This document shows positions 60,428 to 64,000 of a stretch of 64,000 nt of DNA, in pieces. Each line of letters starts with the position of its first letter. The stretch's first letter is position 1. The notes below the pieces were generated by a model that did no database searches, was not told where the DNA came from, and saw only the letters and a program-made list of their open reading frames with translations. Source of the DNA: an uncultured virus (IMG/VR IMGVR_UViG_3300014910_000001) (lineage: Duplodnaviria; Heunggongvirae; Uroviricota; Caudoviricetes); IMG/VR virus record IMGVR_UViG_3300014910_000001. One strand, written 5' to 3'. The position numbers and the translations under genes were made by a program.

Positions 60428-60979
60428 ATGACGCCGGTCGAACTGCTTGAGGCCGTGAAAGCGCGCTTCACGACGCTGCTGGTGGATGAAGAAGCGCTGT
60501 TAACCAGCCTTCTCCGCCAGGCTCTCGGCGTTTATCAGGATCGGGCCGGTGTACCAGGCCGTAAACGCATTGAGAAAACGGGGGGCGCAAGCCTCCCTTT
60601 TCCGTCTGATTACCTGTCTCTGGTAAACGTGAACGACTTCAATGGCGCGCTGGTGTATGCCGATCCCTACGATTCAACCATTGAGCTAGAGCTGACTGGC
60701 CGCGAGAAATGGCCGTTTACCCTGCTCTACTTTCGCAATATCCGCGACTGCGATTACGAAGAAACGCAGTTACCTGCAGACATTACCGGGCTGCTTGAAG
60801 ATTACCTGGAAGTGCTGATTGCTATCCCGAACGTAGAGCGCCTGCGCCGTTTGCACATCGCCGGGAAGTTTGACGCATCCTTTCTGCCGGACGAGGCCAC
60901 GCTCCACCAGCGTAAAACCGATCTGGAAATGCAGATCTCCGCAAGCCGGGCAATCATTCCCGCAATGAGCACCTGGTAA
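60428..60979 (+). CDS. pmgC: PmgC-like head-tail adaptor
   Basis: MTP..LLE.VK.RFT...YQDRAG...DYLEVLIAIPN resembles P1 PmgC as remembered. Confidence 0.65.
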   Translation: MTPVELLEAVKARFTTLLVDEEALLTSLLRQALGVYQDRAGVPGRKRIEKTGGASLPFPSDYLSLVNVNDFNGALVYADPYDSTIELELTGREKWPFTLLYFRNIRDCDYEETQLPADITGLLEDYLEVLIAIPNVERLRRLHIAGKFDASFLPDEATLHQRKTDLEMQISASRAIIPAMSTW

Positions 60980-60988
60980 GGGGGCGCT

Positions 60989-61711
60989 ATGAGCTTTTTT
61001 AACGGTCTGGCTGGCAACATCAAAGGCTTTGCCACCAGCACGGCCAAACAGGCCGGAAGCAATCTGATCTCCAACATCCTATCCCGCGCCTCCGCCAGCA
61101 TGAGCGGCGGCGCCGGCGCATCGTATGCCGGTCTGCCGCCTGAGCTGGCCAACGCAAAAACGATACTGGAAATGGCTATGCGCATCCGTTACGCGCAGGG
61201 CTGGCAGTGGAACATTGAGATAGATGGCTTCTCCCGCGTGGACATGTACGTGAAAGATATCACCTACAGCACGGGCAATGTTGAGACTGAAAGCAAGCTG
61301 ATTGGCGGTAACGAGTTTGTGAAGCCCACTCACGTTACAGCGGGCTCTGTCTCGATGACCGTTCGTGATAACGAGGATGGCGAACTTCTCCAGAAGTTTA
61401 AGGAGCGCCGTGCGCGGATCCATAACGGAGACGGCACCTTTAATCTGCCGCCAGCCTACCTCCTTAACATCCGGATCTACCGCGTCTCACAGGACGGACG
61501 CGCCACGCTGGAAGAGGAAATGAAAGGCTTTATCACCACTATCGGTGAGATCTCCCGCGCCCGTGATGCCGTAGGCGAGTTTGCCACCATTCCGGTGACG
61601 TTTGTGAAGTACACCAGCGCGGGAAGTCTCGCAAACGGATTGCTGAAAGGAGTAACCGGGGGAATTACAAACCAGGTTCAATCATCCGCATCAAACCTCA
61701 TTAAATTCTGA
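60989..61711 (+). CDS. tub: Tub-like tail tube/baseplate protein
   Basis: Synteny pmgC-tub-pmgB-sit. Confidence 0.65.
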   Translation: MSFFNGLAGNIKGFATSTAKQAGSNLISNILSRASASMSGGAGASYAGLPPELANAKTILEMAMRIRYAQGWQWNIEIDGFSRVDMYVKDITYSTGNVETESKLIGGNEFVKPTHVTAGSVSMTVRDNEDGELLQKFKERRARIHNGDGTFNLPPAYLLNIRIYRVSQDGRATLEEEMKGFITTIGEISRARDAVGEFATIPVTFVKYTSAGSLANGLLKGVTGGITNQVQSSASNLIKF

Positions 61712-61722
61712 AGGACAAAACA

Positions 61723-62541
61723 GTGATCATTCCTCCACTGCCGCTGGCGTCGCGCCCTGCTACTGAAATCATCTTCCGTCAGCCTGTGATCAAAGACGCC
61801 CTAAAGTACTGCTCTCCCGACATGCTCGGCGACGAGCGGCGCGTTACGGAATACCTGAATGCGCTGCAGGAAGGCCCGATTGATGATAGCCGCGACTGGA
61901 CCGCACAGGAACGACGTACAGCGCTGTGGTGGATCATGATTAACAGCCGCGCTGATAACCTGGAAGCGTTTCACTACAGCTGTGAGCACTGCCAGGAGCT
62001 TCACACCTATGACTTTGATCTGAGCGAGTTGGCTGAGACCGTTGAGCTGCTGACCATTGCGCCCTATGAGCGTGTGAACGTCCCGGTCAATGGCGTGCCG
62101 ACTGAGTGGACGCTCAAGCCACTGACCGGTCGCGGGCAGGAAATGCTGGAGCGTATGCGCGCCGGTCTGCCGGATGCCGACGCGCCGGATTATGAAGCCG
62201 CCATAATGCGCATGCGCATCGCGGAGTTCGCGCTTTGTACGTCATTAGATGACGATCCGGAAGACTATGAAGAGGCCGCAAATCGCCGCTTCGACATACT
62301 GGAAAGCATGATTCCCGATCTCGAGTTCGCTCCGCTGGTGGCTCACATTCAACTGATGCAGCGCAACCTCCGGCACGGCCTGCTGATGCAAATCACACAG
62401 GGTGAAGTTCGTCTCTTGCTCCCGCCATGCGCCTGCGAAAAGGAGGGCATGCAGATGAACACGACTCAACTGTTTATCCCATTTCGCTCTGGATTTTTTG
62501 TTCCACGATTTTCCCCTCAGTGGATGGCTAACCATCATTGA
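61723..62541 (+). CDS. pmgB: PmgB-like protein (T4 gp26/gp51-like chaperone position)
   Basis: CxxC, WTLKPLTG; directly before the tape measure gene. Confidence 0.6.
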   Translation: MIIPPLPLASRPATEIIFRQPVIKDALKYCSPDMLGDERRVTEYLNALQEGPIDDSRDWTAQERRTALWWIMINSRADNLEAFHYSCEHCQELHTYDFDLSELAETVELLTIAPYERVNVPVNGVPTEWTLKPLTGRGQEMLERMRAGLPDADAPDYEAAIMRMRIAEFALCTSLDDDPEDYEEAANRRFDILESMIPDLEFAPLVAHIQLMQRNLRHGLLMQITQGEVRLLLPPCACEKEGMQMNTTQLFIPFRSGFFVPRFSPQWMANHH

Positions 62542-62661
62542 TAACCTGACGCTGACAGCCCGCCAACCCGTAGGTGACGTTGACGCACTACCTTTATGGC
62601 GCGCTATTCAGATGAACAACACGCTCACAGAACAGTTGAGAAGAAGCAGAAGCGGATCTGA

Positions 62662-64000
62662 ATGAAGAATTTCCAGGAATTAAACCAGATTATTGACGCA
62701 ATTGAGCATGCCAGCCGTGAACAACTAAAGGAAATTGCTCTTATTCGTCAGGGAATTTCAAAACTACACCCTTCTCAACCTTTGAATAACCGCCAAGATA
62801 CTACAGGGATGCGTGTTACAAGATCCCTTTATAGGAGCGGATACGAAGGAAGAAAAGAACAAAACAATCATAAAATTGACGTTTCAAAAGACAAAAATAA
62901 AACAGAAAATGAAATAATTTCACCTACACAAAATAAAGTCCCTTCAAGAGTTAAAAAAACACGCGTAAAAGATGGAAAATCACCTTTAGAAGGTAATAAA
63001 AATAAAGATTCTGTATCTTTAGATGACTGGAGGCAGTCTAAAGGCATATTAAATGAAGAAAAATTACCTTTTAAAGGTAATAAAAAGGTTAAATTGAGTG
63101 TTTTCGGTGGCGTTTCAAGCGTCAGAAATGTACGTTCTGTTCGTCAGTCGAAAGCTGATACAGAAGTGGACTCTGATAGCCCAACGGCAGAGGGAAAAAC
63201 ACCTGGTCGTGATGCTGGAGGCCGCTTTAAAGCACGTACAGATTCTGCCGCTGCGTCAGCTGCAACTCAGGAAAAAAATGCGCGTCGCGCTGAGCAAAAA
63301 CAGCAGCAGGGATTTTTCCGATCACTGGGGAGCATGCTGGAATCTGCCACTGAAACGAACAGCGATAGTATGTCTTCAGGCGCAGACATTGCTGGCACGG
63401 CTGCTGGTGGTCCACTCTGGATGATGGGTAAAGGCATGTATGACATTTCTGCCGAAGTCGGTAAGAACGTCGTTACGCTAAAAAACTTCATGCAGGGTAA
63501 AACGGAAGGCAACGCTGCGGTGAAAATGGAGCCTCCATTAATTCATCCACCTGTAACTACCGAAGCCAGAACGCCACCAGCAATCGGTAAGACAAAATCC
63601 GCAGACGGTTTTAAGAACGCTCAACAGGCTAAGGCTATCCAGGTCACGCAGGAACAAACCAAAGTTATCGCCGCCAATGACGATCGCATTGTGGATGCCT
63701 TGGACGACGTGCGCGAGGAAGTTAAAAAGCTGTCTCACACGTCCAGCAAAGGCGCTGGCGGGCTGATGGACTCGCTGATTCCGGGTAAGCGTAAACGCCG
63801 CGGCCGTAAACGCGGACCTCTGTCAGCTGCTGCTGATGTGGCTGATATAGCCGGAGATCTGCTGCCGAACGGTAAAGGCAAGCCGGATGCCTCTAACCCC
63901 AAGCCAAAACCGAAAAAGAAAGGCCTATTGGCAAAGGCAATGGAAGTGCTGAAAGGCGGCAAAAAGGCGGCAACGGTCGCCGGTGCAGCGGCCACAACTG
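62662..64000 (+). CDS. sit: Tape measure protein Sit, N-terminal part (runs off window)
   Basis: ATG 62662 MKNFQELNQIIDAIEHAS; frame checked at several points, RDAGGRF motif; no stop reported. Confidence 0.8.
   Translation, partial: MKNFQELNQIIDAIEHASREQLKEIALIRQGISKLHPSQPLNNRQDTTGMRVTRSLYRSGYEGRKEQNNHKIDVSKDKNKTENEIISPTQNKVPSRVKKTRVKDGKSPLEGNKNKDSVSLDDWRQSKGILNEEKLPFKGNKKVKLSVFGGVSSVRNVRSVRQSKADTEVDSDSPTAEGKTPGRDAGGRFKARTDSAAASAATQEKNARRAEQKQQQGFFRSLGSMLESATETNSDSMSSGADIAGTAAGGPLWMMGKGMYDISAEVGKNVVTLKNFMQGKTEGNAAVKMEPPLIHPPVTTEARTPPAIGKTKSADGFKNAQQAKAIQVTQEQTKVIAANDDRIVDALDDVREEVKKLSHTSSKGAGGLMDSLIPGKRKRRGRKRGPLSAAADVADIAGDLLPNGKGKPDASNPKPKPKKKGLLAKAMEVLKGGKKAATVAGAAATT

Noticed and set aside
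1..64000. IS elements, reverse transcriptase/DGR, invertase
   Set aside because: No transposase, RT or serine invertase motifs in any listed ORF

Overview
A 64-kb segment of a P1/D6-like phage-plasmid (a temperate myovirus kept as a plasmid). The host is probably Pantoea or a close relative, inferred from a lox-type site almost identical to the pox site of the Pantoea Cre homologue Panto. Recognisable P1-type core genes: darB (3' part), ulx, lxc, lpa, pacA/pacB with TGATCA pac repeats, c1, cre plus its lox site, repA with iterons, GATC repeats and DnaA boxes, ref, mat, 26-25-7-24-6-5, hrdC, dmt, PAAR, spanins, 23-22-21-pmgG-bplB-pmgC-tub-pmgB and the start of sit. Differences from P1: ParM/ParR-type partition genes, two umuDC operons bracketing an accessory region, a colicin M-like bacteriocin with immunity gene, and a TGT/DpdA-like gene coupled to dmt. 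The most unusual signals are non-coding. (i) A ~1.7-kb array (8850-10525) of tRNA-shaped RNAs with broken or replaced anticodon arms, three of them preceded by a repeated RNase III-like stem. (ii) An unannotated divergent type I toxin-antitoxin-like locus beside the replicon: a 45-aa hydrophobic peptide plus a ~112-nt sRNA with 23 bp of complementarity to its leader. (iii) Short repressor-controlled transcripts that read as antisense to RBS/start codons. All family assignments come from remembered motifs and synteny; no searches were run.
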